64,000 nucleotides of DNA from a virus (taxonomy: Duplodnaviria; Caudoviricetes): IMG/VR virus record IMGVR_UViG_3300038426_000029, positions 17,993 through 81,992 of that record. One strand, 5' to 3'. This document shows, piece after piece, positions 8,829 to 18,217 of this stretch. Both the position numbers and the translations under genes were made by a program. Every line of letters starts with the position of its first letter. The stretch's first letter is position 1. The notes below the pieces were generated by a model. The model had not been told where the DNA came from and did not search any database. It saw nothing but the letters and a program-made list of their open reading frames with translations.

Positions 8829-9907
8829 ACTACATTCATCCTTAAAAGTTCATTAATAATTCTTTTTGAAGCATCACGAATTATCAAACCTGAGAATTTC
8901 TGAAATACACTTTTTTGTGCTATATGAATACCATCTATGATCTTTTGTGGATCGGAACCAACAAGACGATTTGCACCCGCTTTTATTGTCCATTCCCATT
9001 CAGTATTCTCTCTCAAAGTTACACATGGAGTACCTAACCAAAATGCTTCCTTCTGCAAACCACCAGAATCTGTGATCACCACACTAGCATCTTGAACGAG
9101 ACTTAACATTTCAAAGTATGGTAATGGGTCTACTATATTAATGTTTTGTAAATTAATACCCAAAAGTTCCAAATTTTTCCTAGTGTGTGGGTGACAGGGG
9201 AAAATAACATTCATATGTGATTCTATGATGGAATTAATTATTGATTTTAATTTATCTAAATCATCAACATTAGATTCTCTATGCAGAGTTAAAACACAAT
9301 ACGTTTTTTCAACAAGACCAAAAAACATTCTTGCTGTTCTTGCTTGATCAATATCTAATTTATGTTGAATTATACTTTCATACATAGTATCACCTGCAAG
9401 TTCTATTTTATCACTTGATATTCCTTCATTTAAGAGATTGGTGATACAATCTGTTGAAACAGCACATAACATAGATGATATATGATCTACAATACGTCTA
9501 TTAACTTCTTCGGGCATAGTCATATCTCCACTTCTAGCACCCGACTCAACATGAACAACGGGAATAGACATCTTTACTGCTGATAAAGCACCTGCTAATG
9601 TCGAGTTTGTATCACCCGGAACAAGAACAATATCGGGTTTCAAACTATTATATGCATCTTCCAAACCACACATCATTTTCGTTATTTGCTGTACAGGTGA
9701 ACACGAACCAACACCCAAGTTTACAACAGGATCAGGAAGGGATAATTCGTTGAAAAATTCCTTTGACATTTCATAATCGTAGTGTTGTCCAGTATGTACT
9801 ATAAACATCTCAATTTCTTTATGCTTTCCAGCTTCGTTTATTATGGGTGCAGACTTGATTATCTGTGGTCTGGTTCCTATGACCAGAGCAATTTTTAATT
9901 TTTTCAT
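8825..9907 (-). CDS. wecB: UDP-N-acetylglucosamine 2-epimerase (non-hydrolysing)
   Basis: GTRPQIIK, HTGQHYD, GDTNS, HVESGARS, PEEVNR, TLHRESN, TDSGGLQKEA. Confidence 0.95.
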   Translation of the reverse strand: MKKLKIALVIGTRPQIIKSAPIINEAGKHKEIEMFIVHTGQHYDYEMSKEFFNELSLPDPVVNLGVGSCSPVQQITKMMCGLEDAYNSLKPDIVLVPGDTNSTLAGALSAVKMSIPVVHVESGARSGDMTMPEEVNRRIVDHISSMLCAVSTDCITNLLNEGISSDKIELAGDTMYESIIQHKLDIDQARTARMFFGLVEKTYCVLTLHRESNVDDLDKLKSIINSIIESHMNVIFPCHPHTRKNLELLGINLQNINIVDPLPYFEMLSLVQDASVVITDSGGLQKEAFWLGTPCVTLRENTEWEWTIKAGANRLVGSDPQKIIDGIHIAQKSVFQKFSGLIIRDASKRIINELLRMNVV

Positions 9908-10902
9908 TTCAACCATTTCTTTCCATATCCAAATTCTGGTTTATTCTTGTTTTTAATTAAAATCCATAGCTGTTTATACTCTCCAATACTCTCCAAAAAC
10001 TGGAATACTAACAAATTTAGGCTCAATTTTCCGTGAGATACAATTACACCATAGCACAATCCAAATATGGACAATGCCAAGGTTAATCCAAATAAGGTTG
10101 CTGACGGAATAGAACCTATGGCTAAACTAAGCAGAATCATAATAATTGAAAATAAAAAGCCAGTTCTTAATAATACACCAAAAAAGTGATGTTTACATAA
10201 CAAACAATAACGCCAACCATATTTATAAAAAAACCTGAAAAAAGTACCTGTTTTTAGGGCTTTGGTTATATTTCTCATTCCATATATACCAAAATGGTAT
10301 CCTTCCGAGCCACAATCAGCACCTATTTTTCCTGCCTGTGATAAACGTATAACTAAATCAAAGTCTTGACCACGTGTAAATAATGGATCAAAACCACCAA
10401 CTTCAATAGCATCCTTTCTCCTAAATGCAATTATTCCAGATAGTGGATCAGCACCATTTGTGTATTTCAGTTCTGTCGAAGCTGGAATTTTCTCTGGATC
10501 AACCTCAGATATTTTACTTGGATTCTCTGGTGTGCCCGAATTACATAAATAAGACAAATTTTCATTACTGACAAAAAAGCCCATCATTCTTTCTACCCAA
10601 TGTTTTGACTTGATTCCATCTGAACTTGCCCAGAGAATTATATCCCCCTTAGCTTTTGATAGTGATAGACTCATAGCATAACCTGTACCTATGCCCTCTC
10701 TATCATAGCACAGTCTAACAGGCACACTACATTTTTTCTGAAAGTCTAATATTAATTCCTCTGTTTTATCTTCACTTTTACCTATGCAAACCACATATTC
10801 ATCTGGTTGAACTACCTGTTCTAACAACATCTTTAATGAATATGGTAGACACCACTCTGCATTACGGGTCGGAAGAACAACAGAGGACATCATTTTTTTC
10901 AC
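9904..10902 (-). CDS. GT2 glycosyltransferase with C-terminal TM helices
   Basis: VVLPTRN, GGFD, GQDFDL; hydrophobic tail. Confidence 0.8.
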   Translation of the reverse strand: MKKMMSSVVLPTRNAEWCLPYSLKMLLEQVVQPDEYVVCIGKSEDKTEELILDFQKKCSVPVRLCYDREGIGTGYAMSLSLSKAKGDIILWASSDGIKSKHWVERMMGFFVSNENLSYLCNSGTPENPSKISEVDPEKIPASTELKYTNGADPLSGIIAFRRKDAIEVGGFDPLFTRGQDFDLVIRLSQAGKIGADCGSEGYHFGIYGMRNITKALKTGTFFRFFYKYGWRYCLLCKHHFFGVLLRTGFLFSIIMILLSLAIGSIPSATLFGLTLALSIFGLCYGVIVSHGKLSLNLLVFQFLESIGEYKQLWILIKNKNKPEFGYGKKWLK

Positions 10903-11564
10903 TTCTTATATATTAATAATGGGTCTTTCTTGTCCAGATGCACCAATAAACGGTGTGTACCTAATAATAGAGCAAAATCCAATTTCAATTTTAGTAATAT
11001 TCCTGCTGTGAGAGATTCTACAAATAGCTTTCGCTTGGACATTGAGATAAAAACCGTATCTGGTACAAGACTGATCAAGTCTTTCTCAGTGAAATGATAT
11101 GGGTGTATCTGATCAAACTCATTCATTATTGGTTTGACAATGGGTGAGAAAATATTTGAAAAAATATAAATTCTATTTGTGGAAACACGAATCATTTCAT
11201 TTAGTGCTTTTTGCGGATGTTCGGTGTGGTCTAACATATTCATGGCATAACAATCTCTAAAATGGTTATCCTCAAAAGGTAGGTTTTCAGCATTTGCTTG
11301 AATAAAATTCTTTCCATATTGGCTAAAATCTAGTGAATCTGTCCCAATTATTTTATCCGAAAATCTCCAAAAGCCATCAGAACCACACCCAACTTCTATA
11401 TTTAAGCCATCAAAATCTTTCAACTCAATTAGGTCTGCCCAAAACTTGAAACTATATGGAACCCCCCATTTCTGTGGTTTATTTTCCTCATTATATTTTC
11501 TTTCTAACTCTTGTGAATGTTCCCATTTGTTTTTTATTACTCTTTCTATCAAATCTGTATTCAT
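10899..11564 (-). CDS. Class I SAM methyltransferase (type 11)
   Basis: IEVGCG, AENLPFEDNHF, LDH, EMIRV. Confidence 0.85.
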   Translation of the reverse strand: MNTDLIERVIKNKWEHSQELERKYNEENKPQKWGVPYSFKFWADLIELKDFDGLNIEVGCGSDGFWRFSDKIIGTDSLDFSQYGKNFIQANAENLPFEDNHFRDCYAMNMLDHTEHPQKALNEMIRVSTNRIYIFSNIFSPIVKPIMNEFDQIHPYHFTEKDLISLVPDTVFISMSKRKLFVESLTAGILLKLKLDFALLLGTHRLLVHLDKKDPLLIYKK

Positions 11565-11590
11565 ATCATTCTCTCCTTATTTTCACCATA

Positions 11591-13162
11591 CTATCCATCT
11601 ATACTTGTTCCTATCCATTTATAAATCTTTATGTTTTTATACTCTTCAACTAATTTCCAATCAGGTAAGTCTTTCCAAATATCTGGAATTGGTTGATTGA
11701 TTTGAACTGTTCTATACTTGGTTTTGAAGAAAAAGAAAGCAGATTTCTCCATTCTAGGACTCAGAATGATATATTTAAAAAATGGTGGTATTATCTCTAC
11801 GGTTGTGGTTTCATTTGCATTTATTGTTGTTTTTGTCGTAGATACAGTTAAGTTCAAATTTACTTCAATTCTTTGATTTTCTATAGTATAAAAACTATCC
11901 TGTAGCAACGGTAATCTGAGGTCTGAAGAGTAAAATATAAGTGAATTTTTCATTGGTACATCTGTCCACCATTCGGTAAAATTATATGTATTGTGTATAA
12001 TTGAACTGTGTCCTAAGAATTCATATTCATCCGATGTCATTGCATTATTAATATATAACATAGTATTAGCACCATTTATAGATGTTAATATCATAGTTGT
12101 AATAATAATTAATATAAAAATAATAGACAATATTGTTTTAAATTTGCTAATTAGTAAAGAAGTAAAGAATGATAATGGTAAAATAAAATAAAAAATTACT
12201 CTTGTTGGTGCAATTAGATATGGTGAATAGAATAACCAACTAACGACAAATAATAAAATACAACCAAATAAATATTCAAACATAATATTTATCTTTGGTT
12301 TATATAACAATATTGATATTAATGATAATATAACCATAACAACACTACCAAAGAAAATAGACACACCAAGTAATAAATCAGATATGGAGTATAAAAATAT
12401 ATTAGATAATTTGAATTGTGATGACATTGAACTAGGTAGAATAAAATATGTCATTACTTGATGTGGATTTAATGATGAAATCAAAAATAAAACAACCAGA
12501 CATAACACAACGGCTACATAAACTTTGTGTCTATAGTTTCCATTTAAGAAAATATCTAACAATACCAAGCCTATAATAAAAACTGCTGGTAATATGTGTG
12601 TATACATTGATATTACTATAAACACTAAGAAACCACAAAAGAATTTTATTTTGCTGTTTCTTTGTTCTTTATCTTTTGTATTTAAATACATATAAAGAGC
12701 AAGCATTGCAAAAAAGAAACCTAACGATTCTGTACTATTGAATATGCTCGATCTATATATCATATTTTCACTAAATGTCCATAGTGTTGTTGCTACAAGT
12801 GCTACTTTCTGGGTTGATATTTTTCTTAGTATATAATAAATAGGAATTATTGTCAATCCACCGATGATTGGGTTTACATATTGGCATAAAATTGTTGGAT
12901 CAATGTGTGTTATTAAGTAGATAAAATATACTAAGTATTGTTCTAAAACAGGTTGATAACCAAGGCGAAAGGTTGTACCTGTTTTTATTAAGTCAAGAAT
13001 TGTGTATACATATCCTTCCTCTTCAATAATCCAACGTGGTATGAGATAAAGATGCGGATATGATCTGTAAAAAATACCTGCAATAGATAATATAAATAGC
13101 CATATGCTAGTTTTGCTGATTTTAGCCTTAGTCTCTTCTAAAAAACAAAACATTTTGTTCAT
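11591..13162 (-). CDS. Polytopic membrane protein, GT-C-fold glycosyltransferase-like
   Basis: About 11-13 TM segments, acidic EEE after TM1, YQPV loop, soluble C-terminal domain. Confidence 0.6.
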   Translation of the reverse strand: MNKMFCFLEETKAKISKTSIWLFILSIAGIFYRSYPHLYLIPRWIIEEEGYVYTILDLIKTGTTFRLGYQPVLEQYLVYFIYLITHIDPTILCQYVNPIIGGLTIIPIYYILRKISTQKVALVATTLWTFSENMIYRSSIFNSTESLGFFFAMLALYMYLNTKDKEQRNSKIKFFCGFLVFIVISMYTHILPAVFIIGLVLLDIFLNGNYRHKVYVAVVLCLVVLFLISSLNPHQVMTYFILPSSMSSQFKLSNIFLYSISDLLLGVSIFFGSVVMVILSLISILLYKPKINIMFEYLFGCILLFVVSWLFYSPYLIAPTRVIFYFILPLSFFTSLLISKFKTILSIIFILIIITTMILTSINGANTMLYINNAMTSDEYEFLGHSSIIHNTYNFTEWWTDVPMKNSLIFYSSDLRLPLLQDSFYTIENQRIEVNLNLTVSTTKTTINANETTTVEIIPPFFKYIILSPRMEKSAFFFFKTKYRTVQINQPIPDIWKDLPDWKLVEEYKNIKIYKWIGTSIDG

Positions 13163-13772
13163 TTAAATATGTTCCTCTTCTGTCAATGATTGTAAACCCA
13201 TTTCTTGTAACATTGTCTATGAAATAACTCATAGGGAATGAATATTCATGTACACCCTGCTGACTAAAGTGTTCCCAACCCCAATTAAGTAGACCACCAA
13301 AGAAAGAAAAATGGTTTGGTTGAACTATCATTAACCACTTATCTGAGATTCGGCAACCTTCTTTTATGAACGGTAGTGGGTCTTTAAAATGTTCCCACAA
13401 ACCCTCAGAAAACATAAAATCAAACTTTCTATCTGGATAGCCTGTATTGGAACCATCTTTTCTGAAAACATCTACATTTTCTGTTAATCCATGTAGTTCT
13501 GATTTTCTCATTGCATGTGATGATATGTCTATTCCGATTGAGTTTTTAAAACCTATATCTCGCAAGAGTAGTAATGTTTCCCCACTTCCACAACCTACAT
13601 CAATTGCTGATAGTTCTTTAGATATTGATTTTAACATTTTTCTTATTATTCCCATTCTCTGGACACGAAGGAATTTACCAATAATGGAACTGTGTTCATG
13701 TATATCGGCTGATTTTATCCATTCCTCTTCCCATAACCTTGCAACATCTTCAATAGACATACCAACCATCAC
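13128..13772 (-). CDS. Class I SAM methyltransferase
   Basis: IDVGCGSG, GIDIS, FDFMFSEGLWEH. Confidence 0.88.
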   Translation of the reverse strand: MMVGMSIEDVARLWEEEWIKSADIHEHSSIIGKFLRVQRMGIIRKMLKSISKELSAIDVGCGSGETLLLLRDIGFKNSIGIDISSHAMRKSELHGLTENVDVFRKDGSNTGYPDRKFDFMFSEGLWEHFKDPLPFIKEGCRISDKWLMIVQPNHFSFFGGLLNWGWEHFSQQGVHEYSFPMSYFIDNVTRNGFTIIDRRGTYLNEQNVLFFRRD

Positions 13773-14485
13773 CTTACACTATCAACGATGGAATATAGTG
13801 GTGCTTTGACTTTCTTCACTACTCCAAGCCTAAAATAATAAATATTACTGTTTTTACCAGACGAAAATTCCTTAAATGCTGGTGTGTGTAATACATCATC
13901 TGAAAGCAATATACCACCAGATTTCAGATATTTCCAAGCGGTATTGTATTCAAATGACATAACTTCGTAACTATGTTCACTATCATGTAAGAACATATCT
14001 ATTGAACCTAGTCTATCCAACAGAGGAACCAAAACATCACTGCTAAGACCACGCACTATTTCCCATCTATCCTTTAGTTCATCTGGAACAAACCAACCAA
14101 TTTTCTTACCTGTTTCACTTGAGTTACGATCACCTGCCAATCTACCTATACCTAAACAAAACTCATCTGGGTCAATAGAGTATAATTTTCCCATGTTATT
14201 ATCGTGAAGTGCCCTTAATATAAAATAAGAGGAAAAGCCGCTATTAATACCCGTTTCAACAACTATTTCTGGTTTATATTCTCTGACTAGAGCATATATA
14301 TACTCACAACAATCATACCAAACAGGTCCACAATCTCCTAACATATATCTATAATTAAAATCACTAACAACACACTTGAATTTAGACGTTAATCTGTATG
14401 TTCTGGGTTTGGTGACAATATAAGATGCAAGAACAAGTGGATTTGATAATAGATACTTTGTTTTTATTTTATTCATTGTATTCAC
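13769..14485 (-). CDS. Class I SAM methyltransferase (Methyltransf_24-like)
   Basis: PEIVVETG, LYSID, DMFLHDSEHSY, GGILLSDD. Confidence 0.85.
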   Translation of the reverse strand: MNTMNKIKTKYLLSNPLVLASYIVTKPRTYRLTSKFKCVVSDFNYRYMLGDCGPVWYDCCEYIYALVREYKPEIVVETGINSGFSSYFILRALHDNNMGKLYSIDPDEFCLGIGRLAGDRNSSETGKKIGWFVPDELKDRWEIVRGLSSDVLVPLLDRLGSIDMFLHDSEHSYEVMSFEYNTAWKYLKSGGILLSDDVLHTPAFKEFSSGKNSNIYYFRLGVVKKVKAPLYSIVDSVR

Positions 14486-14497
14486 CTTTTCTTGTTT

Positions 14498-15199
14498 TTA
14501 AAGAGTTGAAAAACATTTTTGTATTGCACCCTCATAATCACTATCCATCTTGTTTTCTTTATGATATAAGATACTACATATTTCACATATCTTTGAATCT
14601 TCCATATTCCACCATTCAGATTTAAGCAACATATCTATGGTCTTTTGTGAAAACCTATATTTAATAACCTTCGCTGGAACACCAACAACAACCGCATATG
14701 GTGGAACATCCTTGGTGACAACAGCACCAGCACCGATAACAGCACCTGTGGATATATTTACAGGTGGCAGAATTATCACATTTGAACCTATCCAAACATC
14801 ATTTCCAATTGTAATTAGATTACTTTCTTGGAGATATTCTTCAGCTAACTCTTTTTCAATAAAACCATATTTACGTTCGGTTGTTATTGGGTGTGTAGTA
14901 AATCTGTGGATTGGATGATCATATCCAGCAAGAACCAAATTACGTGCTATTGCACAGAAATTTCCTATGCTTTTAAGTGTATGATATTCAGAATTAAGTA
15001 ACTGTATAACACCATATGTATATCTGCCTATTTCTATGTTAAAATACTTCTTATAAAAATATATCACTAATCTTTGATCTTTATATTTTCTATTCAAAAA
15101 CCCCAGAATGGATACAATAAATACTGGTGGAATTGACTTTTTATGTAATATATATAGAACACTTAGTATGTGTTTTTCTGTGGTTGTTATATCATTCAA
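14498..15199 (-). CDS. CatB/Vat-like O-acetyltransferase; probable TTG start 15199
   Basis: IGRYTYG, IGNFCAIA, IGNDVWIG, GAVIGAGAVVTKDVPPYAVVVGVPAKVIKYRF. Confidence 0.85.
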   Translation of the reverse strand: MNDITTTEKHILSVLYILHKKSIPPVFIVSILGFLNRKYKDQRLVIYFYKKYFNIEIGRYTYGVIQLLNSEYHTLKSIGNFCAIARNLVLAGYDHPIHRFTTHPITTERKYGFIEKELAEEYLQESNLITIGNDVWIGSNVIILPPVNISTGAVIGAGAVVTKDVPPYAVVVGVPAKVIKYRFSQKTIDMLLKSEWWNMEDSKICEICSILYHKENKMDSDYEGAIQKCFSTL

Positions 15200-16547
15200 A
15201 TAAGAATCCCACCATACCTTTGGCATCGTTGAAAACATTAACCCACTCTCTTGGGTTTGTGGCAACATTCCACCAGAACTTTGGGTTTTTGATATAGAAT
15301 TCGTTAAAACAGTATTGCTCCCATTTCTTCATTTCCTCAAAGTTCATCATATACGTTCCCGGCATGTCTTGATGTGCCTTTCTAACATCAACTATAGTCG
15401 TGTTTGGATACTCCTGCAATTGTGCCACATTAATACGGGTAGCACCGTTATCCTTTATCCATTTGACCATATATCTTATATCAGCTTTCGACATCCAAGG
15501 GAAGATCATAAAACTAGAGGAAGTCCAGAGCTTGAGCTTGTTGACATCCTTGATAAATTGTGCTTCCTGTTTGACTGTAATATCCTTTTTCATCTCATCT
15601 AAATAGCTCTGAATTGGAACTTCATAGCCAACGTGCAAAGTCCGGCAACCAGCATCTTTCATCAGTCTCAGTGTATCATAATCCTTATCAGCACGTGAAT
15701 AGCAACCCCAACACAATTTGAGTCCTTCACTGAGCATTGTAAGACTGATTTCCCTTGCCCTTGATCCAATAAGTGTTGAATCTTGAAAGAAAAGTTGTTT
15801 GATCTGTGGAAGTTCATTTTTGACATACCAAAGTTCTTCCATCACATTCTTGATGCTACGCTGTACATAACGCTTTGGATGTAAGAGATCACAACCATTT
15901 GTCCAACTACAAAACGCACAACGGTGAGGGCAACTTAAAGCTGAAAATAAATCAATAAACGGATACCTGAAACTTGTCTGATGATAATCAAAAAAGTCTA
16001 AGTGTTCAGCATAAACCTTTGTAACGAAAGGCATCCAATCAAATTCTTCCTGTGTATACGGTTCAGCCTGTGGATTGAAGAGAATATCTTTACCTTCTCT
16101 ATATTTTAGACCTTGTATTAATCTCTTTGGCTCATCTGTATAAAGGTCTTGTAACGTGTATTCAAAATTTCCGAAAGTCATTTCATTAACGTTTGGGCAT
16201 TTATCTAGAGCATCGGGCATATGAGCAGACCAAGGACCAACGAGAGTTACATGGTAATCCTTACCCAATTCATTAGCGAATGAAAGATCGGATTCTGCCG
16301 TATCATATGCCCAGAAATAGGCTATGGCTTCTGGTTTCAGACTATTAACAAGAAACTTAACGTCTAAACACGAATCTTTTTTCACAGAAGCATCATATAA
16401 ATAACATTCATGTCCAAATTTCTCTAGTGTTCCAGTAGCATACGCAAGATGGATAGGATACCATGATTGTGTACTAATCTTTGATTTACGAACTAGCCTT
16501 CCCGTTCTTATTGCTTCTCCCGGTGGGTTCAATAAAAGAACTTTCAA
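15192..16547 (-). CDS. B12-binding radical SAM protein (HpnJ/class B-like)
   Basis: N-terminal LLLNPP..YPIHLAY..DA cobalamin-binding domain; CPHRCAFC; FFQDS; VGYE. Confidence 0.88.
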   Translation of the reverse strand: MKVLLLNPPGEAIRTGRLVRKSKISTQSWYPIHLAYATGTLEKFGHECYLYDASVKKDSCLDVKFLVNSLKPEAIAYFWAYDTAESDLSFANELGKDYHVTLVGPWSAHMPDALDKCPNVNEMTFGNFEYTLQDLYTDEPKRLIQGLKYREGKDILFNPQAEPYTQEEFDWMPFVTKVYAEHLDFFDYHQTSFRYPFIDLFSALSCPHRCAFCSWTNGCDLLHPKRYVQRSIKNVMEELWYVKNELPQIKQLFFQDSTLIGSRAREISLTMLSEGLKLCWGCYSRADKDYDTLRLMKDAGCRTLHVGYEVPIQSYLDEMKKDITVKQEAQFIKDVNKLKLWTSSSFMIFPWMSKADIRYMVKWIKDNGATRINVAQLQEYPNTTIVDVRKAHQDMPGTYMMNFEEMKKWEQYCFNEFYIKNPKFWWNVATNPREWVNVFNDAKGMVGFLFE

Positions 16548-16912
16548 TTTTTACCTTTCTCCTTTCCAAAGTGTATTTCCCAAAAAATCCAAATCCAAAC
16601 ACCACTAGTATATGCACCAAATCCTATAAGGACAAGAGATGTTAATCTTAACCAAGGCACAAAATATGTAATTGCAGAAATTGTTAAAAGCCCACAACCA
16701 ATGACAAATTCTTTGATTGTTGGTGGTTCAAGATTGTACTCATCATTACGAAATATAAAATAAATAAGGATAAAACCCAAACCACCTATTGTTAATAAAA
16801 ACGTACCTAAATGTTTCTCTGGACTTATAAAATCTACAATTCCAGCAACCAATATGAGTATAGAAAACATATATAATGATACTGGATTTGGTGGATCACC
16901 TACGATACTCAA
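16544..16912 (-). CDS. 4-TM membrane protein
   Basis: Hydrophobic; in operon. Confidence 0.6.
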   Translation of the reverse strand: MSIVGDPPNPVSLYMFSILILVAGIVDFISPEKHLGTFLLTIGGLGFILIYFIFRNDEYNLEPPTIKEFVIGCGLLTISAITYFVPWLRLTSLVLIGFGAYTSGVWIWIFWEIHFGKEKGKN

Positions 16913-17016
16913 TTAGTAAACCTTCCTATAGCCATGAGTATGATTATTACAATAATCAATATTAATGCTGAAAACCATGTAAAAAGTGGGTCGATTTTTC
17001 TATTTTCAAATACCAT
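16909..17016 (-). CDS. 35-aa single-TM peptide (not in track)
   Basis: MVFENRKIDPLFTWFSALILIIVIIILMAIGRFTN fills the operon gap. Confidence 0.45.
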   Translation of the reverse strand: MVFENRKIDPLFTWFSALILIIVIIILMAIGRFTN

Positions 17017-17018
17017 AT

Positions 17019-17972
17019 TTATAAACTCTCCCAAGCTGGGGGGATTTTTGCATCTGGTTCCACATAATACTTGAAAAGTTCATCCAACACAGTTGAGACA
17101 TTCTTCTCTGGTTTCCAGCCGAAACGTTTGTATATTTTTTCAATATTTAGCGTAGATTCTAGCACATATCCATTTGGTGCAAACGGTGTCTTGGAATAAT
17201 CAAGTTTATAACCATATTTTGTGGCTGTCCTTGCAACAATTTCCGCTATTGTCGAACCACTTACCTCCATCCCCATCGAGACATTATATGTATTCTCAAA
17301 CGGTTCACAGGTCTGCATGTATATGGCAGATATTAATGCCCTACAAATATCATGTACGGATATTAAATCTCTATAGGCTTTTCCGTTGTTGAATAGTTCT
17401 ATTGGAATACCATGCACAGCACAGTAAACAAGCCTATTAGGGAAGGTTCTGCCTCTTATTCCAATAACCGTTCCGAATCTATAGATCACATACTCTATAC
17501 CAGACTTCCTAATTTCCTCTTCACAAACCCACTTTGAATAGCCATACGGACTTGAGATTTGAATGGGATGTATCTCTCTCATTCTCCTGCCTTGACCATA
17601 TATATTAGCCGAAGAGGAAAATATAATTTTCTCTGGTCGAATTTTTGAAAGAACGTTATATGTTGCAACCGTGTTATTATAGAAGCAATTATCTGCCTCT
17701 GCTAACCAGCCCTGATCACCCTTGACTTTTGACCAAGGAGAACCTGCCAAATGAATAACAGCCCTTGGTTTCTCATTTATATATTTGAATTCTGGATCGG
17801 CTAAATCTTCCACAATATATTCAACATCATCGAACATTTTGTCAGGTGGTCTTTTGTCAATAGATATTATTTTAACATCATAGTATTTTTTATATTTCTC
17901 AACCAACATATCCAAGAGGTTTGACCCGATAAATCCTGATCCACCCGTAACAATTAAAGTAAAGTCGGTCAT
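17019..17972 (-). CDS. NAD-dependent NDP-sugar epimerase/dehydratase
   Basis: IVTGGSGFIG, HLAG, SSSANIYG, YGYSK. Confidence 0.9.
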   Translation of the reverse strand: MTDFTLIVTGGSGFIGSNLLDMLVEKYKKYYDVKIISIDKRPPDKMFDDVEYIVEDLADPEFKYINEKPRAVIHLAGSPWSKVKGDQGWLAEADNCFYNNTVATYNVLSKIRPEKIIFSSSANIYGQGRRMREIHPIQISSPYGYSKWVCEEEIRKSGIEYVIYRFGTVIGIRGRTFPNRLVYCAVHGIPIELFNNGKAYRDLISVHDICRALISAIYMQTCEPFENTYNVSMGMEVSGSTIAEIVARTATKYGYKLDYSKTPFAPNGYVLESTLNIEKIYKRFGWKPEKNVSTVLDELFKYYVEPDAKIPPAWESL

Positions 17973-18217
17973 TTGATGTTTAATTCCTTAAAACCAATTT
18001 TTTCACAAAACTTAAATAAAATATAACCATACATAAAAATGAATGGTATTGAAATAAACCCGCAAACAATTTCAACAGCATCATTAGTTATAAGCATTGT
18101 ATTAAATAATTCTTGCGATCCAACAAACAATCCACCCAAAAAAGATACCGTTAATATAGCAAAGGCAGTAGAAACAGTTATAAATAAAATAAAATAAAAA
18201 TCGTTAATTTTGCTCAT
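17969..18217 (-). CDS. Small 2-TM protein
   Basis: Hydrophobic; overlapping stop/start. Confidence 0.55.
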   Translation of the reverse strand: MSKINDFYFILFITVSTAFAILTVSFLGGLFVGSQELFNTMLITNDAVEIVCGFISIPFIFMYGYILFKFCEKIGFKELNIK

